Source: a virus
Taxonomy: Duplodnaviria; Caudoviricetes
IMG/VR virus record: IMGVR_UViG_3300026270_000016
Coordinates: 1-31,062 of that record
Strand: one strand, 5' to 3'
DNA: 31,062 nucleotides
A model generated the notes under the pieces. It was given only the letters and a program-made list of their open reading frames with translations. It had not been told where the DNA came from and searched no databases. A program made the translations under genes and the position numbers. Numbering within the stretch: the first letter of the stretch is position 1; each line of letters begins with the position of its first letter. Positions 1 through 6,612 of this stretch are shown piece by piece.

Positions 1-230
1 TAGACTACTTGTGCGATTCTTGCTAAGTCACTTTTGAGTCCTTCGACATTATTGTGCAGATAGTCTAATGTATCCGATACACTTTCATAATCAGATTTCT
101 CTGGACGCCTGTACATCAATGTTGGGCGTTCTAATTGTGTCACTCGCTGCTCCAGGCTCGTCAACCTCTCGGACAACTTCAGGAGTACCTTCTCCATGTT
201 CTGCGGCGGCCTGTTGGACTCTGCCATCAT
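1..230 (-). CDS. Hypothetical coiled-coil protein (3' end at window edge); not in ORF track
   Basis: Manual translation from ATG 230: MMAESNRPPQNMEKVLLKLSERLTSLEQRVTQLERPTLMYRRPEKSDYESVSDTLDYLHNNVEGLKSDLARIAQVV, open to base 1; overlaps 91..342 in another frame. Confidence 0.7.
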   Translation of the reverse strand, partial: MMAESNRPPQNMEKVLLKLSERLTSLEQRVTQLERPTLMYRRPEKSDYESVSDTLDYLHNNVEGLKSDLARIAQVV

Positions 231-342
231 TTTGATCACCTCTCATATATGACTCGGATGCCCTTGACTCAAACTCGTCACAGAATGCATCGAAGTTTGC
301 AAGGATTTCATCGTAGTTTTTGAACTCGACTTTTTCAGACAT
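91..342 (-). CDS. Hypothetical acidic phage protein
   Basis: 83-aa ORF with ATG start, downstream of a late-promoter-like motif. Confidence 0.7.
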   Translation of the reverse strand: MSEKVEFKNYDEILANFDAFCDEFESRASESYMRGDQNDGRVQQAAAEHGEGTPEVVREVDEPGAASDTIRTPNIDVQASREI

Positions 343-399
343 TTTTTTGCTGGGAAATTTTTTTCCTTTTCAAGGTTTTGAAAAAACCATTTTCAAATA

Positions 400-407
400 T
401 ATTTATC
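400..407 (-). promoter_or_regulatory. T4-type late promoter-like motif (GATAAATA)
   Basis: Minus strand reads GATAAATA, matching NATAAATA, about 58 nt upstream of the 342 start and downstream of the early-region terminator. Confidence 0.55.
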
Positions 408-476
408 GATCGTCTGGATACTTTTGTAGGTTAGTGAATGGTTAGGAGTCCCATCGCTCGGCAACCCTTAACCAAT

Positions 477-503
477 AAAAAAGGGGGCATATTACTGCCC
501 CCT
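477..503 (-). terminator. Rho-independent terminator closing the early-gene region
   Basis: Minus strand: AGGGGGCA-GTAATA-TGCCCCCT followed by TTTTTATT. Confidence 0.85.
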
Positions 504-516
504 ACTGTTAACACAC

Positions 517-594
517 ATGACCTAGGACTTACGGAGGTTCGACTTAAAGAGCATATTCCACTGGGGTCGCTCACCCGTGCCCTGCCTAGGTCAT
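517..594. ncRNA. Candidate structured RNA (family unknown)
   Basis: Perfect 10-bp terminal inverted repeat ATGACCTAGG/CCTAGGTCAT enclosing nested ACGG/CCGT and GAGC/GCTC stems; intergenic. Confidence 0.4.
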
Positions 595-600
595 AGAGGA

Positions 601-858
601 TTACATTTCCTCTATGGTTTCATCCATCTCGACTGCGTTAATCTTTGGGTCGTCCCATCTTACGCCGTCGCCTGTGGTCTCTGATCCAAAATAATCCATC
701 AACTCTAGGAAGTGTTCCCAATCACGTGCCCCACGTGCTATGTTGTAAAGACCTTGGTCGTTGCCTATCCATAGTGCTGCGTTCCATGTCTCGTAGTTTG
801 TCCACCCATTATATTCTGTGTCTGGTGTGAGTAGGTCTGCTTGGTATGCTGTGGTCAT
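601..858 (-). CDS. Conserved-type small phage early protein (YNGWTNYETW motif)
   Basis: 85-aa ORF with its own promoter cassette and AC-rich leader. Confidence 0.85.
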   Translation of the reverse strand: MTTAYQADLLTPDTEYNGWTNYETWNAALWIGNDQGLYNIARGARDWEHFLELMDYFGSETTGDGVRWDDPKINAVEMDETIEEM

Positions 859-886
859 GTGGTGTAATGTGTTTGTGTATGTTCTT

Positions 887-945
887 ATTATAGGGCACAG
901 TCAGTGGTGTGGTGTGTATGCTGTGCCACTTTGTGAACTGGTCTA
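887..945 (-). promoter_or_regulatory. Palindrome-promoter cassette 1
   Basis: -10 TATAAT 887-892; stem GGCACAG/CTGTGCC 894-927; palindrome tgtgccactttgtgaactggtcta 922-945. Confidence 0.85.
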
Positions 946-1119
946 CTTGTTACGCCATACACGTTGGTATGCCATAGACTGTAGGGGATGGGGGTGTACT
1001 ATGGTTTGCACCATGTCCCAGAGTTTCGCTTCCCTCTCATGCATATACTTACCCGTCACATTGTACACGTTAAGTGCTGAGAGGTCGAAGGGTTCGCAGT
1101 GTGTGACTTGAAGTTTCAT
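943..1119 (-). CDS. Hypothetical protein (58 aa; start revised from 1329)
   Basis: ATG 1119 (MKLQVTHCEP...) forms an ATGA overlap with the stop of 1116..1247. Confidence 0.6.
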   Translation of the reverse strand: MKLQVTHCEPFDLSALNVYNVTGKYMHEREAKLWDMVQTIVHPHPLQSMAYQRVWRNK

Positions 1120-1247
1120 TTTGCTAGAGGTGAATTGAAATATTTGACGTTCACCACGTAGAGGGTGACCATTGCAACCACTATGCCAGCGAACCCTAGA
1201 AGTAGGATTGGCGACTGTGGGAAATCGTAGGTTGGAATTGCTGTCAT
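1116..1247 (-). CDS. Small single-pass membrane protein (43 aa); not in ORF track
   Basis: MTAIPTYDFPQSPILLLGFAGIVVAMVTLYVVNVKYFNSPLAK; hydrophobic stretch of about 20 aa; exactly fills the gap between neighbours. Confidence 0.75.
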   Translation of the reverse strand: MTAIPTYDFPQSPILLLGFAGIVVAMVTLYVVNVKYFNSPLAK

Positions 1248-1249
1248 GA

Positions 1250-1420
1250 TTAGTGCCTGTCTGAGATGTACCATGTTCCACCAGTAGGAACTTTGAGTTG
1301 TTGGAAATTACGCTTTGCCATTGCGTCAAGTGCTGCCCTTACTACTGGATCATTTGCTGCGGTGTCGTTCATGAGAACCGCTCCGTTGTAGTATGCTTTG
1401 AGTTGTTGTTTGTTGTTCAT
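1250..1420 (-). CDS. Hypothetical protein (56 aa)
   Basis: ATG 1420 lies just downstream of -10 box 1427-1432 (near-leaderless). Confidence 0.75.
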   Translation of the reverse strand: MNNKQQLKAYYNGAVLMNDTAANDPVVRAALDAMAKRNFQQLKVPTGGTWYISDRH

Positions 1421-1426
1421 GTCTTT

Positions 1427-1485
1427 ATTATAATGCATGATCCAAGGTTTGCTACTTGAGGTGGGACAGTTGTTGATCTGTCACA
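1427..1485 (-). promoter_or_regulatory. Palindrome-promoter cassette 2
   Basis: -10 TATAAT 1427-1432; palindrome tgggacagttgttgatctgtcaca 1462-1485 inside the 3' end of the upstream CDS. Confidence 0.8.
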
Positions 1486-1685
1486 GCTGAAACCTGTTCA
1501 TCAGCATAGACCCTCACCCACTTAATAGGGGTCGTGTTGTTGTTGATTCTGAAAATCATTTGATCTCCAAACCTCAGCTGATCCGCTGCTACTTTGTACG
1601 CGGTTTCGATGTCTGCACAGTATACGCACCCGTCACTGTCAAAGTTGAATGTGCTTGCTGGTTGAACTGCCCAAGTTGTTTGCAT
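1452..1685 (-). CDS. Hypothetical early protein
   Basis: 77-aa ORF with its own cassette and AC-rich leader. Confidence 0.8.
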   Translation of the reverse strand: MQTTWAVQPASTFNFDSDGCVYCADIETAYKVAADQLRFGDQMIFRINNNTTPIKWVRVYADEQVSAVTDQQLSHLK

Positions 1686-1711
1686 GTTTGTTTCTGTGTG
1701 TCGTTGAATTA

Positions 1712-1771
1712 ATTATAAACGTTATCACCACGGAAAGGATGGACCATAGTGACACTTTGTGAACTGGTCGT
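1712..1771 (-). promoter_or_regulatory. Palindrome-promoter cassette 3
   Basis: -10 TATAAT 1712-1717; palindrome agtgacactttgtgaactggtcgt 1748-1771. Confidence 0.85.
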
Positions 1772-1796
1772 ATCCCCACCACCTCGTGATGGGGCA

Positions 1797-1805
1797 TGTT
1801 ATAAT
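1797..1805 (+). promoter_or_regulatory. Divergent (antisense) extended -10 promoter
   Basis: TGTTATAAT on + strand; hexamer starts 28 nt past palindrome 3 and points into the 3' end of 1812..2126. Confidence 0.55.
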
Positions 1806-1811
1806 GTGACA

Positions 1812-2126
1812 TCAGGCAGCGAGCGTGTACCCTGATTCAAAATCGACTGTTCCATTGTTTGTATTCAAGAACCACTCAAAATTCTTTTGAAACACGCCGC
1901 AACCATATGCGAACTCGTAACATAATGCATTAAGTCTAGACTTAGTGGTGTTAGACTGCCAACCGCCGTCAAACAGTTGTAATGACTTAGGTCCCACAGT
2001 TGCAATGTGGTTGCCATGTAGATAAACAAAAGAGCAACCGCGAATGTTGATAACTTCAGTGTTATCCTTTCTGAAATCAGAGTTGTTTCTGATTGCTTCG
2101 TTCATTTGTCTTTCAATTAGTCTCAT
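1812..2126 (-). CDS. Conserved-type phage hypothetical protein (LHGNHIA / GGWQSNTTKSRLNAL motifs)
   Basis: 104-aa ORF with its own cassette. Confidence 0.85.
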   Translation of the reverse strand: MRLIERQMNEAIRNNSDFRKDNTEVINIRGCSFVYLHGNHIATVGPKSLQLFDGGWQSNTTKSRLNALCYEFAYGCGVFQKNFEWFLNTNNGTVDFESGYTLAA

Positions 2127-2152
2127 GTGTGTTCTGTGTGTTGTACTCTTTA

Positions 2153-2211
2153 ATTATAGGGCATCACGCCGCTGTTGCAAGCGGGTGTGTACCAGTTTCT
2201 AAACTGTCCTA
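2153..2211 (-). promoter_or_regulatory. Palindrome-promoter cassette 4
   Basis: -10 TATAAT 2153-2158; palindrome tgtaccagtttctaaactgtccta 2188-2211. Confidence 0.85.
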
Positions 2212-2444
2212 TCCTTGGTTGACTTGAAGTCGCATTTCATGTACTCTGCAATGTCAGCAACTACTTCATCATAGGCATCGTCCCAATAGTTGCGACATTC
2301 TTCTAAGAATTCATGCTCACCCAACTTATCAAAATAGTTGAATAGATCATCTGCAACGTACTCTTCAAGGTCTTTGGTTGACATGTTGTCAACCATTCTC
2401 TCTGTTAGAAATTCCTTGAGTTCGGTTAGTAATGCTCTATCCAT
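2199..2444 (-). CDS. Hypothetical acidic protein
   Basis: 81-aa ORF, TAATG-coupled to the upstream gene; stop in the centre of palindrome 4. Confidence 0.8.
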   Translation of the reverse strand: MDRALLTELKEFLTERMVDNMSTKDLEEYVADDLFNYFDKLGEHEFLEECRNYWDDAYDEVVADIAEYMKCDFKSTKDRTV

Positions 2445-2671
2445 TAGTAGTCATAAAAGAAAGGGTGTTCAGTCTCCACTGGTTCGGGTTCGTAACTCAT
2501 GCTTGAGTCAAGGTTTTGTTTGAGATTGTCATCATACAACCTCATTGATAATTCACCCTCTTCCCACATACCACAGTAACCGTGGCGATCTAATGCCTTG
2601 TCGATTATGTTCCAAATCTCATGCATTTCCCCATCATTCAAAAATGTGGGGAGATTCCAATAGTTCATCAT
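2444..2671 (-). CDS. Hypothetical acidic protein
   Basis: ATG 2671 in ATGA overlap with the stop of 2668..2847. Confidence 0.75.
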   Translation of the reverse strand: MMNYWNLPTFLNDGEMHEIWNIIDKALDRHGYCGMWEEGELSMRLYDDNLKQNLDSSMSYEPEPVETEHPFFYDY

Positions 2672-2847
2672 AAGCACATTCCCTCAAATAGTCTCTGTGC
2701 TTGTTTCTCTATTGCATCTAATGTGCCTAGAGTGTTGTTGGTTAACCAATTTAATTCGTCTTCGGTTAACTTGTTTGAGATTCTGAATGATTCCCATGCT
2801 TCGTCAAAGCATGTCTCAAGTAATGATTCGTGATGAAGTGTTGACAT
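2668..2847 (-). CDS. Hypothetical protein (59 aa); not in ORF track
   Basis: MSTLHHESLLETCFDEAWESFRISNKLTEDELNWLTNNTLGTLDAIEKQAQRLFEGMCL; directly after cassette 5 and an ACACAACACACAC leader. Confidence 0.8.
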   Translation of the reverse strand: MSTLHHESLLETCFDEAWESFRISNKLTEDELNWLTNNTLGTLDAIEKQAQRLFEGMCL

Positions 2848-2870
2848 GTGTGTGTTGTGTCTATAGTTCT

Positions 2871-2929
2871 ATTATACATGTACTAGTGACACTGTGTAGG
2901 GTATGAGTGCCACTAATAAAACTGTCACA
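2871..2929 (-). promoter_or_regulatory. Palindrome-promoter cassette 5
   Basis: -10 TATAAT 2871-2876; palindrome agtgccactaataaaactgtcaca 2906-2929. Confidence 0.85.
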
Positions 2930-2944
2930 AGGTGCTTTGACATT

Positions 2945-3130
2945 TTACCAATCTCCATTAGATTCTGAGAATACGTCTTCGTTCCAGTGTTCCTTTGGTT
3001 CTAGAACTCCAACATGTCTCATGATACCGTCATAGATTTCCATGCCACTGCGTGACATTCTACCGCATGTGTAATCCCAACCTAATTCTGTTAGATTGTC
3101 TAGAATGAATGAGAGAGAAACTTTTTTCAT
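2945..3130 (-). CDS. Hypothetical protein
   Basis: 61-aa ORF, ATGA-coupled. Confidence 0.75.
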   Translation of the reverse strand: MKKVSLSFILDNLTELGWDYTCGRMSRSGMEIYDGIMRHVGVLEPKEHWNEDVFSESNGDW

Positions 3131-3324
3131 TTGAGTTGAATGTTGTAATCAATGGATTTAATGCACCATCCCGTGCTAGTAGTAATTTCCTCTATTAGGT
3201 CATCATCGTCCGACGCTTCCCAACATCCCAAACAGTTCTTAACTATTTGATTTTGTTCCCACGTATCCAGATGACCGATAGAGTCTGAAAAATCAAACTC
3301 TATCGCGTTAACATTGTACATCAT
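3127..3324 (-). CDS. Hypothetical acidic protein
   Basis: 65-aa ORF, ATGA-coupled on both sides. Confidence 0.8.
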   Translation of the reverse strand: MMYNVNAIEFDFSDSIGHLDTWEQNQIVKNCLGCWEASDDDDLIEEITTSTGWCIKSIDYNIQLK

Positions 3325-3503
3325 GCGAATAGTGGACGCATGTAATCTTTAAACTCCTCACGTCTGTGATCTGCGAGGATTTGCATTTCTTTCTCTGTGA
3401 TTACTATGTCGTAACCCTCTGCTTTCATTTCGTCGTAACATGCTTGAGAGATGCCCTTGTCTGTTAGGTCATACTTGTGAAGTTCAACGTATTTAAAAAA
3501 CAT
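3321..3503 (-). CDS. Hypothetical protein (60 aa; start revised)
   Basis: ATG 3503 (MFFKYVELH...) follows an AC-rich leader and -10 box 3529-3534. Confidence 0.8.
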   Translation of the reverse strand: MFFKYVELHKYDLTDKGISQACYDEMKAEGYDIVITEKEMQILADHRREEFKDYMRPLFA

Positions 3504-3528
3504 GTGTGTCGTGTGTGTTGTGTACATT

Positions 3529-3591
3529 ATTATAATAAGGGATTGCAATGACTACTGCAACCCCTTATGTGACAGTTTGTCTACTGTCCTA
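3529..3591 (-). promoter_or_regulatory. Palindrome-promoter cassette 6
   Basis: -10 TATAAT 3529-3534; 13-bp stem (one G-U) 3535-3568; palindrome tgtgacagtttgtctactgtccta 3568-3591. Confidence 0.8.
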
Positions 3592-4036
3592 GGTATCCTG
3601 CAACCATACAACCTGGTTCGTCATAGAACCACGTAACGTCAACATCTGGGTATTTTTCCCTTAGTTCATAGTATATTCCCTCAGGTGGTGCCCAGGCAGT
3701 TTCAAAGCAAATATCAAAACTAAATTCATCATCACCATCTGAGATGCCCCCATCTATATCCCACTTCGTCCCCCAGTTGTTCACGTTCCAGTCATACCAT
3801 CTGTCATCATTCTTTCCATCTGGGAAATCATAGGTAGTATAGACTATATCACCATTTGAGTTCTTACATTCTCTCTTAATAGGTAATGCACCATCCTCAC
3901 GAGGTGTATTCTTCCAATCTGGTGCTGGTTTGATCTTTTGAAATACATTAGGACTCTCAAAGATCTCTTTTAATTTTTTGATCTGCTCTGTGTTGTCTGA
4001 GTAGAATGAAACTCTGTTCTCGCACCAGTTTGGCAT
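3581..4036 (-). CDS. YubB/DUF1281-like ferredoxin-fold protein
   Basis: MPNWCEN N-terminus plus WYDWNVNNWGTKWD, FETAWAPP and YDEPG motifs typical of this family. Confidence 0.75.
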   Translation of the reverse strand: MPNWCENRVSFYSDNTEQIKKLKEIFESPNVFQKIKPAPDWKNTPREDGALPIKRECKNSNGDIVYTTYDFPDGKNDDRWYDWNVNNWGTKWDIDGGISDGDDEFSFDICFETAWAPPEGIYYELREKYPDVDVTWFYDEPGCMVAGYLGQ

Positions 4037-4061
4037 AATAATTCAATTTGTAATGTGTGTG

Positions 4062-4170
4062 ATGTGAGAACGAACTGGTAATTCCAGGAGTTGCAAGTAC
4101 TGCTCACAAGGATCTTTAGACCCAGTTCTACATGTCCATGTTAATGATGGAATCGAACCATCCCTCACAT
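4062..4170 (-). ncRNA. Candidate structured leader RNA with a tRNA-like T-arm
   Basis: ATGTGAG/CTCACAT closing stem, GATGG-TTCGATT-CCATC hairpin, GAACTGG/CCAGTTC stem; no ORF; starts at the predicted TSS of cassette 7. Confidence 0.55.
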
Positions 4171-4174
4171 TTAT

Positions 4175-4234
4175 ATAATACTAAAAAAGGGCAACTCATT
4201 CAAGCTGCCCTGTGCCACTAATTAAACTGTCTAC
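4175..4234 (-). promoter_or_regulatory. Palindrome-promoter cassette 7 with embedded terminator-like hairpin
   Basis: -10 TATTAT 4175-4180, -35 TTGAAT 4198-4203; AGGGCAGC/GTTGCCCT hairpin plus T-run; palindrome tgtgccactaattaaactgtctac 4211-4234. Confidence 0.8.
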
Positions 4235-4536
4235 ACCATTGCCATCTGTGTGACAACTTGTGAGATCATAACAGCATCCTGTCTAAATGCTTTTTTGTAT
4301 GCCGCTCCTATCATTACGAACAGCGGGTGAAACGTTTCAATCTCACTGTCTGGAATTTCAACGTAGAGGATCTTTGTCATCTCTTGCTGTCCTTTCCAGA
4401 ATCCGATCCCGTCGAGGATCGTACCGTATTCAAGCAATGGCATTATGTTGGTCCTTACGAAGTCAGCGAACATTTCATCATCGACGGTACCCGCGTCTGG
4501 AATGTTTCTGCCCATTGTCAATTCAAGTCGGATCAT
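4231..4536 (-). CDS. DUF3574-like protein, possibly SAM-lyase-related
   Basis: GRNIP...F...GxGxWKG..E.TK...YKKAFRQDAV pattern. Confidence 0.6.
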   Translation of the reverse strand: MIRLELTMGRNIPDAGTVDDEMFADFVRTNIMPLLEYGTILDGIGFWKGQQEMTKILYVEIPDSEIETFHPLFVMIGAAYKKAFRQDAVMISQVVTQMAMV

Positions 4537-4558
4537 GTGTGTTTGTGTGATTAATTAT

Positions 4559-4618
4559 ATTATGGCACAAAAAAGGCACCGCGCAACGGGTGCCTGTGCC
4601 ACTTTGTCAACTGGTTAC
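4559..4618 (-). promoter_or_regulatory. Palindrome-promoter cassette 8 with embedded terminator-like hairpin
   Basis: -10 CATAAT 4559-4564; AGGCACC/GGTGCCT hairpin plus T-run; palindrome tgtgccactttgtcaactggttac 4595-4618. Confidence 0.85.
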
Positions 4619-4815
4619 ATGTAACCTTGATCCACGGCGTCCATCACATCACCATACTCACCGATGATGTTCCCGAATGTGTCACGTATGCACACATACT
4701 TAGTCTCATCCTCTGACATAGCATAACATAGGTCAAAGGCACGATCCTCATCGGCAGTGGTTTCAATTTCGCCAGTCTCTGGGCAGTGGATTTCAAAAGT
4801 CATAATCTCATTCAT
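4615..4815 (-). CDS. Hypothetical acidic protein (start 4815 or 4803)
   Basis: ATGs lie downstream of -10 box 4828-4833. Confidence 0.75.
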   Translation of the reverse strand: MNEIMTFEIHCPETGEIETTADEDRAFDLCYAMSEDETKYVCIRDTFGNIIGEYGDVMDAVDQGYM

Positions 4816-4827
4816 GTGTATGCTACT

Positions 4828-4886
4828 ATTATAGAGCATAAAAGGTTGAGGGCGACACATGTTATGCCACTACCTCAACTGTCCCA
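4828..4886 (-). promoter_or_regulatory. Palindrome-promoter cassette 9
   Basis: -10 TATAAT 4828-4833; palindrome tatgccactacctcaactgtccca 4863-4886. Confidence 0.75.
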
Positions 4887-5101
4887 TAGATATCGTTCAT
4901 GATATCTCTCACCCTCTCACGGTCTAGACTGTCACCATCTCCCCATGACCAGTGAACATATTCCAGGTCACCCTTAGCAATGAGATCAAAATACCTTAGT
5001 GTTGCATATGCTACCTGCTCAGCTGTTCTGTTCTGATCATATAAACCACCAGGTCCATAGAATGAGAGACAGTATTCAATGAATTCATCAAAATTGTGCA
5101 T
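4862..5101 (-). CDS. Conserved-type phage hypothetical protein (SFYGPGGLY / GDSLDRERVRD motifs)
   Basis: 79-aa ORF with its own cassette. Confidence 0.8.
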   Translation of the reverse strand: MHNFDEFIEYCLSFYGPGGLYDQNRTAEQVAYATLRYFDLIAKGDLEYVHWSWGDGDSLDRERVRDIMNDIYGTVEVVA

Positions 5102-5122
5102 AGTCTGTGTGTTACTGTCTTA

Positions 5123-5180
5123 AGTATACCACACGGCGTCTCTCATGCATTCTCAGTGTGACAGAAATCTAACTGTCCTC
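5123..5180 (-). promoter_or_regulatory. Palindrome-promoter cassette 10
   Basis: -10 TATACT 5123-5128; palindrome tgtgacagaaatctaactgtcctc 5157-5180. Confidence 0.8.
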
Positions 5181-5324
5181 ATATGGGTTGTCATCACCCT
5201 TGAAATGCTTTACTCTTTTCCTACTGGACCTTCTAATGTTTTTAATATGATATCCAAAATCTTCAAAATCGTCGTCTATTTCTTTGTATCGCTCTCTATT
5301 GTTTGCCGAAGGACGTTTGCCCAT
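5169..5324 (-). CDS. Small highly charged protein (51 aa); not in ORF track
   Basis: MGKRPSANNRERYKEIDDDFEDFGYHIKNIRRSSRKRVKHFKGDDNPYEDS; stop inside palindrome 10. Confidence 0.65.
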   Translation of the reverse strand: MGKRPSANNRERYKEIDDDFEDFGYHIKNIRRSSRKRVKHFKGDDNPYEDS

Positions 5325-5362
5325 AGTACAATTGCAATGTTTACTGTAGAATGAATTAATAT

Positions 5363-5611
5363 TTAGTTTTGAGGAACTGCAGTGATATTACCTTCTTTAA
5401 TTTGATTGTGAATATACCTTCCAACACTACCTCCAGTCTTCATTTCGACTGAAATTAGTTCTTTACATAGACTATTCTCAAAATGTTCTAAATCTTTGCA
5501 ATTAAATGTATATTCTTTCTCTAAATTACTCGTATACACAACTTTTACGTCATTTTCAGTAATATTAATGCTTTTAATAGCACTAGAGATTAAATTGTCG
5601 TACATTTTCAT
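5363..5611 (-). CDS. KTSC-like small nucleic-acid-binding protein
   Basis: SSAIKSI...VKVVY...EYTF...SVGRYIHNQIK resembles the KTSC pattern. Confidence 0.55.
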   Translation of the reverse strand: MKMYDNLISSAIKSINITENDVKVVYTSNLEKEYTFNCKDLEHFENSLCKELISVEMKTGGSVGRYIHNQIKEGNITAVPQN

Positions 5612-5650
5612 CTTTTTGACGTTTTTAGGGCGATTTAAAAAGGAATTTAA

Positions 5651-5800
5651 TTAAAAAACTCAGAAATACAAAGAAATTAAATCTTAAATATTCTGAAAAA
5701 CTCAAAAATCTTAAATATTAAACTTTCTGAGTTTTTTAAAGTCTTAAAACTTTCGTTTTTTTGACTTTTTAAGGAATTCAGCAGTTCTCTGTTTCCTTAA
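5651..5800. repeat. AT-rich non-coding region with inverted and direct repeats
   Basis: 16-bp perfect IR 5651-5666/5724-5739; AAATCTTAAATATT at 5679 and 5706; 8-bp IR 5769-5776/5793-5800. Confidence 0.8.
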
Positions 5801-5804
5801 TTAC

Positions 5805-5864
5805 AGTATAACCCAAACTCCAAGGAATTTTGAGGGTTTGTGTGACACTTTGAGTACTGGCACA
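5805..5864 (-). promoter_or_regulatory. Palindrome-promoter cassette 11
   Basis: -10 TATACT 5805-5810; palindrome tgtgacactttgagtactggcaca 5841-5864. Confidence 0.85.
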
Positions 5865-6024
5865 CTCCGAGTTGACATTCGATGGGTGGCGTGCTAAGCC
5901 AACAACGTGACCGTACATTTACATACTTGTCACAGTATTAACACAACACCTATACACATTTATCTAATGATTTGTTAACATTCTCACAAGTACCTCAAAG
6001 ACACTTGGAAAACCCAGTCCACCA

Positions 6025-6612
6025 CTAGTGCGGAGTTGTGTTCAAAACACGTGGTACATTCATACTATCACTGTTCCATGATATACTTATTCGATCATGC
6101 ATTTCATTGTTACATTCAACATGATGTGGTATGTATGAAGGGAACATCAGTATGTCTCCTTGGTGTGGTATTATGCTATAGTATGGGTGTATGTTCAACT
6201 CTTTTCTGACTGTATCACTCAATGAAACAGTTGCATTATGTTGTTCATACAGATGTGGATTGGTTAACACTAATGGTACATTACTATCAGTCAAGTAGTA
6301 CACAAATGTATAATCACTGTTAGGATGTATGTGTGATACATTATATCCTCCTGTTGGGTTGATATTAATCCATGCATCACCATGTACTAACTTAGTTGTG
6401 ACAGTATTATCATCAATGTATTCTAATACTGGTTCTAACTGTGGTATACTATGTGTCTTTGATTGCCATCCTAATCGTATACTCCTTGTCTTATCAATGA
6501 ACTTATGCTTATTGTATTCTTGTAGACAATGGTCAATGAGATTAGGGGGTGGATAGTAATGTAGTTGTTGTATGTAAGAAGAGAACAGTGGTTTAACCGA
6601 AGGTGTTAGCAT
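6025..6612 (-). CDS. Putative 2OG-Fe(II) oxygenase
   Basis: WININ..GGYN..HIHP, FPSYIPHHV and RISISWN motifs. Confidence 0.85.
   Translation of the reverse strand: MLTPSVKPLFSSYIQQLHYYPPPNLIDHCLQEYNKHKFIDKTRSIRLGWQSKTHSIPQLEPVLEYIDDNTVTTKLVHGDAWININPTGGYNVSHIHPNSDYTFVYYLTDSNVPLVLTNPHLYEQHNATVSLSDTVRKELNIHPYYSIIPHQGDILMFPSYIPHHVECNNEMHDRISISWNSDSMNVPRVLNTTPH

Noticed and set aside
1120-1329. N-terminal extension of the 128-aa ORF 943..1329
   Set aside because: The region is better explained by the coupled genes 1250..1420 and 1116..1247
4146-4162. tRNA gene
   Set aside because: Only a T-arm; no D or anticodon arm in cloverleaf order and the T-arm is at the 5' side
922-5864. Repeat series as a CRISPR array
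   Set aside because: Repeats are degenerate, spaced by about 270-720 bp of genes, tied to -10 boxes, and no cas genes are present
5907-5933. 14th palindrome copy or NtcA box (GTA-N8-TAC at 5913-5926)
   Set aside because: GTGAC/GTCAC spacing is 17 rather than 12; a six-base NtcA match is expected by chance and lacks a properly spaced -10
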